DNA of 63,968 nt from positions 1 through 63,968 of IMG/VR virus record IMGVR_UViG_3300037420_001231, one strand, 5' to 3'. Below the pieces are notes generated by a model. It was not told the DNA's origin and made no database searches. It saw nothing but the letters and a program-made list of their open reading frames with translations. Shown piece by piece: positions 1 through 8,845 of this stretch (position 1 is the stretch's first letter; every line of letters starts with the position of its first letter). Made by a program: the position numbers and the translations under genes. This DNA comes from a virus (taxonomy: Duplodnaviria > Caudoviricetes).

Positions 1-14
1 GTTCGCGCGTTACC
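1..14. repeat. Terminal direct repeat, left copy (putative cos or assembly overlap)
   Basis: GTTCGCGCGTTACC at 1-14 is identical to 63955-63968. Confidence 0.85.
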
Positions 15-163
15 CGCATGGGTGGCGGCCGTGGGAGGACCCAACTGTTTGATTTCACACGGTTTTCGCGGCCGCCCGGTCACCATCCCGTGGTCAGCAC
101 ACCCGGCATGATGCCGGGCATGGTTGCACTATATCATAAGGACAGCTTATGGACTCGGGACGG

Positions 164-754
164 TCAGGCGCTCGCCGCCCACTTCAACAGCAAGCGCTCA
201 TAGATGGGTGGGAACTCCCGTTGCGCCACGGCGTCCACGATGGTCAGTGCATCCAGTTCGGGCTTGCCGTGCTTGGCGCCGTCCTGAATCACGCCGAGCA
301 ATTGGAGTGGCGTGCGTCCCCTCCCGGTCCGGCGGGCAAGGAATGTCTTGCCTCCACTCCTGAGAATGAACGGCTTGCGTTTGGTGTCTTGCATGCGGGC
401 CAGTGCCCGGCGCTCCCGGGTGTGGGTGGGCGCTTCGCCAATGGCCTGATAGATGGGGATGAAGAGCCGCCCTTCCTTGGGCTCATCAATGCCCTTGATG
501 TGGCGGCCCATGTAGCGGTCCAGCGTGCCCACTTGGGCGTTGAGGTTGCCCGGGGTTGCCGCCCTCATGCGCACGCCGCGGTCAATCCACGAGTTGCGAT
601 GGTGGAAGATGGATTGGCCAGCCACCCACGCGGGGACGGCGCGCTCGGCGGTGAACGTGAGGGCCTTGGCGGCCGTCATGCGCGATGCCCCGGCCAAGAG
701 GCGAAGCTTGGCAAGGCTTTTTGCGTCCAGCGCGACCGTGAGTTCGGCGGGCAT
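164..754 (-). CDS. Hypothetical protein, possibly lambda gpZ-like
   Basis: 196-aa basic ORF with AAKALTFTA motif; lies before the terminase module on the circular map. Confidence 0.5.
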   Translation of the reverse strand: MPAELTVALDAKSLAKLRLLAGASRMTAAKALTFTAERAVPAWVAGQSIFHHRNSWIDRGVRMRAATPGNLNAQVGTLDRYMGRHIKGIDEPKEGRLFIPIYQAIGEAPTHTRERRALARMQDTKRKPFILRSGGKTFLARRTGRGRTPLQLLGVIQDGAKHGKPELDALTIVDAVAQREFPPIYERLLLKWAASA

Positions 755-756
755 CG

Positions 757-1185
757 CTAGACCCCGGACGCGGCCAACTCGGCGTCCACGATGGCGCCCA
801 CCTTGGCCACGGCTTCAGCTTCGGTTTCAGCCTCAACCACGTCCACCGTGAAGCCCAGCGCCTCTAGGAGCGGGATGCGTTCCTTTTGCGATTGCTTGAG
901 CCTTCCGTCCTTCGCCTTGAGTTCCACGAAGCGGAGGCGGGCCAAGTCGAAGTAAAGCCGGAGGTCCGGCTCACCGGCCTTGGAGCCCGTGGCCTTGGCC
1001 AACTGCGATTGATACGGGTTGAGGTTGCCGATGACGCCCTCAAGGCTGGCGGCATATTCAAAGCGCTGGCCTTCGCTCTTGCGGCGCTCAAGGTCCGCGC
1101 ACACGGCCGCTTGGAGTTTCCACTCGGGGATGCGGTCCGTGATGATGTCGGGACCGCGCGTGATTTTTCCAAAGTGACGGCGCAT
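757..1185 (-). CDS. VRR-NUC domain nuclease
   Basis: E..LQ, G.PDL, FVELK..GRL..SQ motifs. Confidence 0.8.
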   Translation of the reverse strand: MRRHFGKITRGPDIITDRIPEWKLQAAVCADLERRKSEGQRFEYAASLEGVIGNLNPYQSQLAKATGSKAGEPDLRLYFDLARLRFVELKAKDGRLKQSQKERIPLLEALGFTVDVVEAETEAEAVAKVGAIVDAELAASGV

Positions 1186-1248
1186 CCCAAACGAAATGGC
1201 CCCGCCGCGGTGAGGCGGCGAGGCCGGTTGAGTGGCGGGAGGCGGGCC

Positions 1249-1500
1249 TCAGTCGGGGCCGACAGGGCTATCGCTCCACTCGCCATGGTCGCTTTCGCAT
1301 GCGGCGGCCAACGCCTTGGCCACCTTTTCCACGTCCGAGTCGTATTCCGAGCGGCCGCCCATGTAATGCCGCAAATTGCCGAGAAGCCACCGGGCGTTCG
1401 CCCTGTCTTGCTCCGTGACATGCGCCAAGTCGGCGGGGTGCACGCTCGCGCCGAAGCCTTGGCGCCGGAGCCATGATTTGTCCGCTGCATCCATGGTCAA
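1249..1500 (-). CDS. Hypothetical protein
   Basis: Overlap-coupled ORF in leftward early operon. Confidence 0.55.
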   Translation of the reverse strand: MTMDAADKSWLRRQGFGASVHPADLAHVTEQDRANARWLLGNLRHYMGGRSEYDSDVEKVAKALAAACESDHGEWSDSPVGPD

Positions 1501-1655
1501 GCCCTCCGCTTCGTTGCGCGGCGCACCGTTTCCGCGGCCGCTTTGCGATATGCTGCGCTTGAGCGGGCTTGCTCAACGGCATCGGTCACGCCGTAGCCCA
1601 GCGACCGCGCCCGGCGATAGGCTTGAGTGGTGGCGGCTTGCTTGGTGCTCATCAT
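1497..1655 (-). CDS. Hypothetical protein
   Basis: RBS GAAGGGA before ATG, preceded by the hairpin motif. Confidence 0.55.
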   Translation of the reverse strand: MMSTKQAATTQAYRRARSLGYGVTDAVEQARSSAAYRKAAAETVRRATKRRA

Positions 1656-1692
1656 CTTCATTCCCTTCTTCGTTGGTGGGCCGCTGGCCCGG

Positions 1693-1905
1693 TTAGTTGG
1701 CTCGCCGGAGGGGTCCGGCCAACCAAATCTCAATCGTCCCATCCAGCCGCGTTTGGCTCACCCGCATGCCGCGGATTGGTCGCCGGGCCAACTGCATTGC
1801 GCCCGCCTTGTCCACATGCCCGTTCTTGAGCAACCGATAGATTGCACACGTCCGCAAATAGTAGCGGTCTAGGCTCCGGTCCGGGGTGCATCTAAAGACG
1901 TTCAT
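1693..1905 (-). CDS. Hypothetical protein
   Basis: TAATG coupling to upstream gene. Confidence 0.55.
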   Translation of the reverse strand: MNVFRCTPDRSLDRYYLRTCAIYRLLKNGHVDKAGAMQLARRPIRGMRVSQTRLDGTIEIWLAGPLRRAN

Positions 1906-2078
1906 TACGCGGCCACCTTGGCAAGCATGCGGCGGGCTCCGGCCTCAGCCGTCTTTGCGGTGCCGTAGGATTTGGAGGGCATGCCGGGGAGGCAATCGCC
2001 GTCGCGCGTCACGATGACAAGGAAGCCACCGGCGTTGCGGCGGATGTTGGCGGTATAGCGGCCCTTGGTGATGGTCAT
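1905..2078 (-). CDS. Hypothetical protein
   Basis: MTITKGRY start after promoter, hairpin and RBS. Confidence 0.6.
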   Translation of the reverse strand: MTITKGRYTANIRRNAGGFLVIVTRDGDCLPGMPSKSYGTAKTAEAGARRMLAKVAA

Positions 2079-2127
2079 TTCGTTTTTCCCTTCCGACTCG
2101 GTGGGCGGTTCGCCCTGTTGATGTCCC

Positions 2128-2156
2128 CTTAAACCCGGTTTTTTGCCGGGTGTCAA
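2128..2156 (-). promoter_or_regulatory. Early sigma70-type promoter with palindromic spacer
   Basis: TTGACA-CCCGGCAAAAAACCGGG-TTTAAG, 17-bp spacer. Confidence 0.75.
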
Positions 2157-2367
2157 CAGCCATGCAAACGCACCCGCAAATTGCCGGGCATTGCGCCACA
2201 ACCGTGGCACCCACCGCGCGGGCATAATTCCCCGTCAGCCGTCAACGCCAACGGGACATGTGTAAGGCAGCAAGGCGAGGCACCGGGCCGCGTGGTGTGG
2301 GTGGACTGTCCCGGCGATGCTTCGCAAGGCGTTGGGGTGCGGTGGTCACGGGCCTCTTCGGGCCACC

Positions 2368-2838
2368 TCACTCTAACGGCAACGGCCGCCAGCTTCCCGG
2401 GTCATTTTGGATGTTGGCCGATGGGATGCCAGCCGCATAATCGAAGAGCCGGAACACCTCAGCCTTACGCCCACCCGAGCGGCGGCGCTCAACATGGACA
2501 TCGCGGACATTGACCATGGCCCACGCCCTTTCCCGGACCTCCGCGGCCGGAACGCCGGGGAACTTGCGGGCCAGTGCGTTCATGGTGAGCCCGTCGCGCC
2601 CAACCTTGCCGAGCGCGAGCCTGATGCGTGCCGTGAGGTCATCGTCATCGCTCACGAGCCATGGCGCCGTCCGCTCAAACAATTCCATGTGTTCGGGGAG
2701 CACGCGAGCCGCGAGCCCAGCCCGAAGCACGCCCGGGGCGCGATGTTCGTGCGGGAAGTGCTCAAGATAGGCCCTCGCCGCCGCCGATTCGCCGCGGGCC
2801 AGTAGGGCCGCGATTTTGTCAAAAGCCGTTTCGTTCAT
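2368..2838 (-). CDS. Hypothetical protein with C-terminal winged-helix-like region
   Basis: C-terminus (GLTMNALARKF...RSGGRKAEVFRL) resembles the prim-pol C-terminus (GITEKELLRRV...PKGGKPTQRLFI). Confidence 0.5.
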   Translation of the reverse strand: MNETAFDKIAALLARGESAAARAYLEHFPHEHRAPGVLRAGLAARVLPEHMELFERTAPWLVSDDDDLTARIRLALGKVGRDGLTMNALARKFPGVPAAEVRERAWAMVNVRDVHVERRRSGGRKAEVFRLFDYAAGIPSANIQNDPGSWRPLPLE

Positions 2839-2849
2839 GGGCCTCAAAA

Positions 2850-3140
2850 TGGGGTTTAAGGGGTTTGGGCGGTATAATAAGGGTCTAGGCAGTTTCCGCA
2901 ATACCTCCCCCCTAGGGTCATGCGAAAAGAGGTAGGGACAGCTTCCAAACCCCCTAAACCCCTCTTACCCCCCTAAATATATATAAATAAAAGACAAATT
3001 GGGCTTAGGTTTGGTGTTCGGTTTGGGTCGGTATGGCACTTTGAGCCGAATCGGACCCCGCACCCCGGACCCCGGCCATGGCCGCTGGGCTCGCCAGCCG
3101 CGAGGTTTGAGGGGGTTTGAAGGGGTTTGAGCGCAAACCT
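2850..3140. repeat. Iteron-like GGGGTTT(G/A) repeats around an AT-rich patch; putative replication origin
   Basis: Repeats at 2851-2868, 2945-2964 (inverted), 3008-3027 and 3102-3131; AT-rich tract at 2974-3000. Confidence 0.55.
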
Positions 3141-3287
3141 CCCGGCTCGTTTTGGCGGGGCTCAGGCCCGCCGTTAGTCGAAGCCTCGCGCCCGTTCGTC
3201 CCCCAACTTTGGCTCACCCCGTAGGGGTGGGGGAGCCGCACCTATCGGAAGTTAGGGACGCCCTGCAAAAAAACGGGCGTTGCCCGG

Positions 3288-3316
3288 TTGACAATCGTTA
3301 ACGGGCAAACGATTAG
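3288..3316 (+). promoter_or_regulatory. Rightward promoter
   Basis: TTGACA-17bp-GATTAG, overlapped by inverted repeat AATCGTT/AACGATT. Confidence 0.6.
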
Positions 3317-3556
3317 CGGCGCTCAACGGACGACTCACGGATGAGTCGCTGGGGAGTCCGTTGCTCGGGAGGGAGGTTCGGCTAACCGACAGTAACCAAG
3401 GCGCTTCACGTCCTCGCGGTCAACGGATGGTCATGCTCGGGGTCATCCGTTGCCACCGCGAACAAGGCGGGAACAAAAGCGCCATTGCAATGTAGGATTT
3501 GGCCGAAAATAAAGGGCAGCTTCCGGCCCACCACTTAGTCAGGGAAGAGAAGTAAC

Positions 3557-4021
3557 GTGTCCGCATTTGATGAATTGACCGCGGCCCGCATTGAGGCCGC
3601 CAAGCAAATCCGAGTCGTCACCCTAACCGAAGATGAGATTTTCCAGCGCGCCCGAGAGGCGTTCATCTTCACCCACCCCAACGCCCCGTTGTTCATGCGG
3701 CGGCTGGCGCGCTCCGGCCGGTTGGATTGGTTCCTCGCAAGCGCCCGCCAAGCGATGCGCGACATTGAGAAGCCGGTGGACTTCCTCACCCACGAAGCCC
3801 GTGCCGCTTGGGTGCTCAACATGCACGCCGGGCTCATGAAGGACATGGACAAGGCAACGCGCGAGGCCATGGCGCAAATCACGGTGACCGCGATTCGCGT
3901 GGGCAACAAGGACGCGACCGTGCCGCCGCACGCCATCATCCATGGCTCGTGGTGCGGTCCGGTCATCCTCGCTTTGCTGAGCATCGCCGGGGCCGTGGCC
4001 GCAATCGTGGTGGCGATGTGA
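3557..4021 (+). CDS. Hypothetical protein with C-terminal TM helix
   Basis: RBS, GTG start, hydrophobic C-terminus. Confidence 0.65.
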   Translation: MSAFDELTAARIEAAKQIRVVTLTEDEIFQRAREAFIFTHPNAPLFMRRLARSGRLDWFLASARQAMRDIEKPVDFLTHEARAAWVLNMHAGLMKDMDKATREAMAQITVTAIRVGNKDATVPPHAIIHGSWCGPVILALLSIAGAVAAIVVAM

Positions 4022-4248
4022 TGGCCGCTCCGCTCGCATGGCTCGCGGAGGCTTATCAGCGCCGCCAATTGCTGGCGGAGCAAGGCGTCCACATCATCAT
4101 CAGCGTGAGCGCGTTTGGCGTCACCATTTGGGCCGAAGGCATTGAGGGCTACGCCCGTTCGTGGGCCGCAATCGAAGCCGCCAGCACCAACCCGCTCATC
4201 CCAACAATCGAAACCGTTTGCACCCGGCTTAGGAGGGCCGCCGCATGA
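4021..4248 (+). CDS. Hypothetical protein
   Basis: TGATG coupling. Confidence 0.55.
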   Translation: MAAPLAWLAEAYQRRQLLAEQGVHIIISVSAFGVTIWAEGIEGYARSWAAIEAASTNPLIPTIETVCTRLRRAAA

Positions 4249-4655
4249 CAAAGACTTCACCCCGCACACCGGAAGGCCGTGTGAGCGCCGTTGCAAACGG
4301 TGGCACCATCAACGGCGTCTATTGTCTCCAACCCGGCGATGCCCTTGAGGCGTTCCGCCGGGACCTCTTGGAACTCGTGGAGCGCCCCACGCTGGACGCC
4401 TACATGGCCAGCAATCGCGCGCTCAACTGGCGTAACGCCCAGCTTCGCGCGCACGGCATTGAGCCGCTGGACCTCAGCAAACTCAAACCCGGGCAACTGA
4501 CACACTACCCGCCGGAGGGCTTCAACTTTGGTGACCGCCCGGTGACCGTCAAGGAAATCCCGCCGGTGCTCTATTTGGAGGCGGGCCAAATCGACAACCC
4601 ACAAGACGCGGCCGTTTTGCGTGTGGCCGCGGATATTCTGGAGTCGCGCGCATGA
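4245..4655 (+). CDS. Hypothetical protein
   Basis: ATGA coupling, RBS AGGAGG. Confidence 0.65.
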   Translation: MTKTSPRTPEGRVSAVANGGTINGVYCLQPGDALEAFRRDLLELVERPTLDAYMASNRALNWRNAQLRAHGIEPLDLSKLKPGQLTHYPPEGFNFGDRPVTVKEIPPVLYLEAGQIDNPQDAAVLRVAADILESRA

Positions 4656-4981
4656 CCGCCCACAACCACGATTTCACCACCACGCCCCGTCGCAAGCTTC
4701 AAGCGCGCAAGCGCCGCGTGGACCTAGACGGCCGCGTGTTCCTTGTCGGCAAGCGCGAGGATGGCACGGCCATCAACATCATGGAGCGCAAGGTGCGCGA
4801 GGACGGCCGCTTCCGCGCCTCAACTTACTGGCACCACTCGCACGGTGTCCCGGTGTCCGGCCGCGGCAAGCGGCTGCGCAACCGGAAACACAACGGCTCG
4901 GGCAAGAGCATCGTGCGCACCGTGCTCGAAATGGCGGGCGCCTCATTGAATGTTGACACCCGGGAAAATGCCGGGCATTAG
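4652..4981 (+). CDS. Hypothetical basic protein
   Basis: ATGA coupling. Confidence 0.6.
   Translation: MTAHNHDFTTTPRRKLQARKRRVDLDGRVFLVGKREDGTAINIMERKVREDGRFRASTYWHHSHGVPVSGRGKRLRNRKHNGSGKSIVRTVLEMAGASLNVDTRENAGH
4953..4981 (+). promoter_or_regulatory. Early promoter with palindromic spacer
   Basis: TTGACA-CCCGGGAAAATGCCGGG-CATTAG. Confidence 0.75.
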
Positions 4982-5026
4982 GAGCGCCGGGCGCACCGCC
5001 CACTGATTCGCAGGAGAACGAAGAAA

Positions 5027-5290
5027 ATGATTGACTTCCGCATCCAAAACCTTCCCGCGTGCCGAGACTATAAAGGCCGCGAATATCCCGCCCGCGTGGG
5101 GCTCACGCTGATTTGCTCGCGCGGCATGCGCTGGCCCGGCGGCGAGTTCGCCACCCGCGAGGAAGCCGTTGCCGAAGGCGAGCGCCGCACGAGCGGCCCC
5201 TTGGCCCGGTTGCGCCACCACGTCACCGGCGCCATTGAGCGAGGCGAGGCCCAGCCCATCGTTTGCATCCCCGCGGGAGGCGCCAAATGA
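5027..5290 (+). CDS. Hypothetical protein
   Basis: RBS AGGAG after promoter and hairpin. Confidence 0.65.
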   Translation: MIDFRIQNLPACRDYKGREYPARVGLTLICSRGMRWPGGEFATREEAVAEGERRTSGPLARLRHHVTGAIERGEAQPIVCIPAGGAK

Positions 5291-5589
5291 GCGTCCACCC
5301 AATCGCCCCGGCCATGCTGGACCGCATCTTCAACCCGCACGCGCGAGGCTATGCCGCCATTTACCGCGAGCACGAAACCAACCATTGCCCGGGATGCGGC
5401 CGCACGCACTGGCACATCGGCCGGACCACCGCGGAGTGCGCCTTTTGCACCACCGCGCTCCCGCTTGAGGCCAGCCTCCAAAGGCAAGACGCGGCGCTTG
5501 AACGCCCGCGCCTTGTGCGGTGCAAGCCGGAGCCCCGCGCGGCGGTGGTGCGGCTGGACGCCACGAGCAACCGGCGGAGGGCGGCGTGA
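5287..5589 (+). CDS. Zn-ribbon protein
   Basis: CPGCG...W.IGR.TAECAFC motif. Confidence 0.65.
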   Translation: MSVHPIAPAMLDRIFNPHARGYAAIYREHETNHCPGCGRTHWHIGRTTAECAFCTTALPLEASLQRQDAALERPRLVRCKPEPRAAVVRLDATSNRRRAA

Positions 5590-5825
5590 CGTGGGAAGCG
5601 CGCCAATACGGCTATGAGCGCCACGCCATCCTTGATGCGCGAGGCACGGAAATCGGTTTTGTGCACCGGCGGCGGGACGCAAGCCTCGCCGCCGCCGCGC
5701 CGGACATGCGCGATGCGCTCAAGCGGTGCACGGAACTGCTGGCGTCCGCCGCCGGGTTGCCGCCCAAGGAAGTCGCCACCGCGCTTGCCGTTGCCAATGC
5801 CGCCCTCGCTAGGGCGGAGTCATGA
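5586..5825 (+). CDS. Hypothetical protein
   Basis: GTGA coupling; LAAAAPDM..AL phage motif. Confidence 0.6.
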   Translation: MTWEARQYGYERHAILDARGTEIGFVHRRRDASLAAAAPDMRDALKRCTELLASAAGLPPKEVATALAVANAALARAES

Positions 5826-6019
5826 GGTCCCGCGCCAAGGAAATCGCGGAGCAATTGAGCAACGCGGACAAGCGTGCGCTTTTGGCCAAGCCCGGGAGCG
5901 GCGCCTTTAGTTCGGCCGCGTTCAAGCGGCTCATGGACAACAAGTTGATGGACGGAAACTTCTGGCCCACGGAGTTGGGTTGGGAGGTCCGCATTGAACT
6001 TGGCGGGAGTTCTTCATGA
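5822..6019 (+). CDS. Hypothetical protein
   Basis: ATGA coupling. Confidence 0.55.
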   Translation: MRSRAKEIAEQLSNADKRALLAKPGSGAFSSAAFKRLMDNKLMDGNFWPTELGWEVRIELGGSSS

Positions 6020-6222
6020 CCACCCGCCGCTTCACCCGCGGCCAGCGGGTCCGCCTGATGGCACCCGGCGCGATGCGCGGCACGGAGGCCGTGTTGGACA
6101 ATCCGGTGAGCGAAACCCGTTGGCGCGTCATCGCCCGCGGCGGCATGTGGGAAGGCAAGCCCTTCACGGCCGCGGAGGATTTCATGGAACAAGTTGAGGA
6201 GTCCGAAAATGCAAGTGTTTGA
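6016..6222 (+). CDS. Hypothetical protein (SH3/KOW-like)
   Basis: F..GQRVRL start; coupled ORF. Confidence 0.55.
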   Translation: MTTRRFTRGQRVRLMAPGAMRGTEAVLDNPVSETRWRVIARGGMWEGKPFTAAEDFMEQVEESENASV

Positions 6223-7438
6223 AGGCGCCCGCGGCGGGCTCATCAAGGCGTGGATTGATGGTGTGAGCGTTGAGGACCAAGCCCGTGCTCAGTTGGACAA
6301 TATCGCGTCCATGCCGTTCATCCACAAGCACGTCGCCATCATGCCGGACGTGCATTGGGGCAAGGGTGCCACTGTTGGCTCCGTCATCCCCACCAAGGGC
6401 GCCATCATCCCGGCTGCTGTTGGCGTGGACATCGGTTGCGGCATGATGGCCCGGCGCACGAGCCTCACGGCTTCCGATTTGCCGGACAATCTCGCCGGGC
6501 TCCGCACCGCCATTGAAGAGCGCATCCCGCACGGCCGCACGGATAATGGCGGCGCCAGTGACCGCGGCGCATGGGGCGAGTTGCCGGACCGCATCTTAGG
6601 GCCGCGCTGCAATCCGATTTTGACGGCCATGGAAGGGCTCAAGAAAATCCGGGAGAAGCACCCCGGGATTGAGCGGGCGGCAACGCGCGCCACCAACCAC
6701 CTTGGCACGCTCGGCACCGGCAACCACTTCGTTGAGGTGTGCTTGGACGAAGAGCAACGGGTGTGGGTGATGCTCCACTCCGGCTCGCGCGGCATCGGCA
6801 ACCGGATTGGCAGCTACTTCATTGAGCGCGCCAAAGAGGACATGCGCCGGTGGTTCATCAACCTCCCGGACCAAGATTTGGCCTATATCCCCCAAGGCTC
6901 CGAACTCTTCGGGGAGTATATGGGGGCGCTGAATTGGGCTCAAAAATATGCCCGGCTCAACCGTGAAATCATGATGGACTCTGCGTTGGAGGCGTTGCGC
7001 GTGGCCGTGCCCAAGGCGTTTGAGTGCGATTGCGAGGCGGTGAACTGTCACCACAACTATGTGTCCACCGAGCGCCACTTTGGCGCGGACGTGCTCGTGA
7101 CCCGGAAGGGTGCGGTGTCGGCTCAAAAGGACGAACTCGGCATCATTCCGGGCTCCATGGGCGCCAAGTCCTTCATTGTCCGGGGCAAGGGCAACCGCGA
7201 GGCGTTTTGCTCGTGCTCGCACGGCGCCGGGCGCGCGATGTCGCGCAACGAAGCCAAAAAGCGCTTCACGCTGGCGGACCACGAAGCTGCTACCGCGGGC
7301 GTGGAGTGTCGCAAGGACGCGGACGTGATTGATGAGACACCGGCCGCCTATAAGGACATTGACGCCGTGATGGCGGCGCAATCTGACTTGGTGGACGTGG
7401 TGCACACCCTCAAGCAAGTGGTTTGCGTGAAAGGATAG
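6209..7438 (+). CDS. rtcB: RNA 2',3'-cyclic phosphate/5'-OH ligase RtcB
   Basis: MPDVH.GKG, VGVDIGCGM, GTLGTGNHF, HSGSRG, HHNY, RKGA, IPGSMG, SHGAGR, DE.P.AYK motifs all intact; RBS GAGGAG. Confidence 0.97.
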   Translation: MQVFEGARGGLIKAWIDGVSVEDQARAQLDNIASMPFIHKHVAIMPDVHWGKGATVGSVIPTKGAIIPAAVGVDIGCGMMARRTSLTASDLPDNLAGLRTAIEERIPHGRTDNGGASDRGAWGELPDRILGPRCNPILTAMEGLKKIREKHPGIERAATRATNHLGTLGTGNHFVEVCLDEEQRVWVMLHSGSRGIGNRIGSYFIERAKEDMRRWFINLPDQDLAYIPQGSELFGEYMGALNWAQKYARLNREIMMDSALEALRVAVPKAFECDCEAVNCHHNYVSTERHFGADVLVTRKGAVSAQKDELGIIPGSMGAKSFIVRGKGNREAFCSCSHGAGRAMSRNEAKKRFTLADHEAATAGVECRKDADVIDETPAAYKDIDAVMAAQSDLVDVVHTLKQVVCVKG

Positions 7439-7442
7439 GCTC

Positions 7443-7598
7443 ATGGATTTGCTCAAGGAACTCAACGCCTTTTATGCCGCTTATTTGGAGTATTTTGGAG
7501 CGGAAGCGGATGAGGTCACGCCCGAAAACATGGACGCAAAGGACCGCGCCACCATCGCCGGGCTCAAGGCCGTCCTTGAGTTGAGGGGCGCCGCTTGA
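7443..7598 (+). CDS. Small hypothetical protein
   Basis: 51-aa ORF directly after rtcB. Confidence 0.5.
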   Translation: MDLLKELNAFYAAYLEYFGAEADEVTPENMDAKDRATIAGLKAVLELRGAA

Positions 7599-7623
7599 CA
7601 CCCGGCAATTTGCCGCCCATAAG
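7595..7623 (+). promoter_or_regulatory. Early promoter
   Basis: TTGACA-CCCGGCAATTTGCCGCC-CATAAG. Confidence 0.75.
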
Positions 7624-7676
7624 CGAGAGACAGTGATTCGCGGGCCACCGGCCCACCTCAACGAAGGGAGAATGAC

Positions 7677-7823
7677 GTGACCAACCAAGTAGAAGTGACG
7701 CAAACCGCCGACGCCATGTTGCCCGCGGACTTCCACGCCTCGCGTGCCGCGGCTCTTCGTTTCGCGCGGCCGTTCGCAAAGAGGCAAGGCGCCAAGCTGC
7801 TAATCGAAGAGGTGTCGAAATGA
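7677..7823 (+). CDS. Small hypothetical protein
   Basis: RBS GGGAG, GTG start, ATGA coupling to next gene. Confidence 0.5.
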   Translation: MTNQVEVTQTADAMLPADFHASRAAALRFARPFAKRQGAKLLIEEVSK

Positions 7824-8080
7824 ACCGCCTCCCCAAGATTGGCGAGCGCGTGCGCTACACCCGCGCGGACCGCCCGGAGCGCACCCTCACCGGCACGGTC
7901 ACCAAGCATTATCCCGGCTATTACGGCGGAACGCTCCGCGAGCGCCCCGTTGGCTCGCCCGATTGGGAAGAGCATTGGAGCGCATGCGTGGCGGTGGACG
8001 AACCACTCCCCGAGTGGTGGGGCTACCTAGGCACCAACCTCTTCGCGCCCAGCATTGCAGAATTGGAGCCGTTGAAATGA
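7820..8080 (+). CDS. Hypothetical protein
   Basis: RBS GAGG, coupled. Confidence 0.6.
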   Translation: MNRLPKIGERVRYTRADRPERTLTGTVTKHYPGYYGGTLRERPVGSPDWEEHWSACVAVDEPLPEWWGYLGTNLFAPSIAELEPLK

Positions 8081-8469
8081 CCGCCAAGCTTTTCGCGGAC
8101 GTGAAGCCCGGCGACCGCCTCTTCCGCGTCCAAGATGGCCGCAATTCCAGCGCGCCGAAACGCACGGATTGGGTAGTGGTCACGAAGGTGGGCCGCAAAT
8201 GGGTGGACTTCGCACCGGAAGGACAGGAGCCGCGCAAGTGGAACTCCGGCCGCTTTGATGTGGAGGACGGCCGCATTGACGGTGGCCAGTGGCAAAGCCC
8301 CGGCTCCGTTCACAAGGATGAAGCCGCATGGCGCGCCCACGAAGCCGTCAAGGCCGCGTGGAAGGATTTCCGGTGGACCATTGAGCGCCGCTACGCCCCC
8401 GCGCCCGGCGTCTCTGAGGCCGACATCCTCAAGGCCGCAGAACTTCTTAAGGTGGACCTCAAGCCATGA
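8077..8469 (+). CDS. Hypothetical beta-barrel protein
   Basis: VKPGD...VVTKVGRKW motif common in phage proteins. Confidence 0.65.
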   Translation: MTAKLFADVKPGDRLFRVQDGRNSSAPKRTDWVVVTKVGRKWVDFAPEGQEPRKWNSGRFDVEDGRIDGGQWQSPGSVHKDEAAWRAHEAVKAAWKDFRWTIERRYAPAPGVSEADILKAAELLKVDLKP

Positions 8470-8630
8470 CCTTCACGCCACACTCGCAGCGGCCGAACCG
8501 CAACCGCCTCGTGCACCGCATCAACGCCATCGGCCTTTCAACGATGTGCGAAAAAGACCCGGCGCGCGTCCTCTGGACCGACGATTGGAAGAAGGTGACG
8601 TGCGCCAAATGCTTGGAGTTCAAGCCATGA
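8466..8630 (+). CDS. Small Cys-containing protein
   Basis: Fills gap with ATGA couplings on both sides; VTCAKC. Confidence 0.5.
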   Translation: MTFTPHSQRPNRNRLVHRINAIGLSTMCEKDPARVLWTDDWKKVTCAKCLEFKP

Positions 8631-8845
8631 AAATCACCCGCCTCAAAAAGGGCTATGCAATCCGCCTTAGCGACGGCGAGTTTGAAGCCCTCACCCGGCT
8701 TGTAGAGCACGGGCAATCTGACTTTGAAGGTGTGAACCTCAAACGCGAATATGGCGTTTCGGGCGCCGAACTTCGCGCCTTCCGCGGCCGCTTCGCATTG
8801 CGCGCGGCAATGGGGGTTGATGAGGACCGGAGGCGGAAGCCATGA
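8627..8845 (+). CDS. Hypothetical protein
   Basis: MKITRLKKGY start, coupled. Confidence 0.6.
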   Translation: MKITRLKKGYAIRLSDGEFEALTRLVEHGQSDFEGVNLKREYGVSGAELRAFRGRFALRAAMGVDEDRRRKP

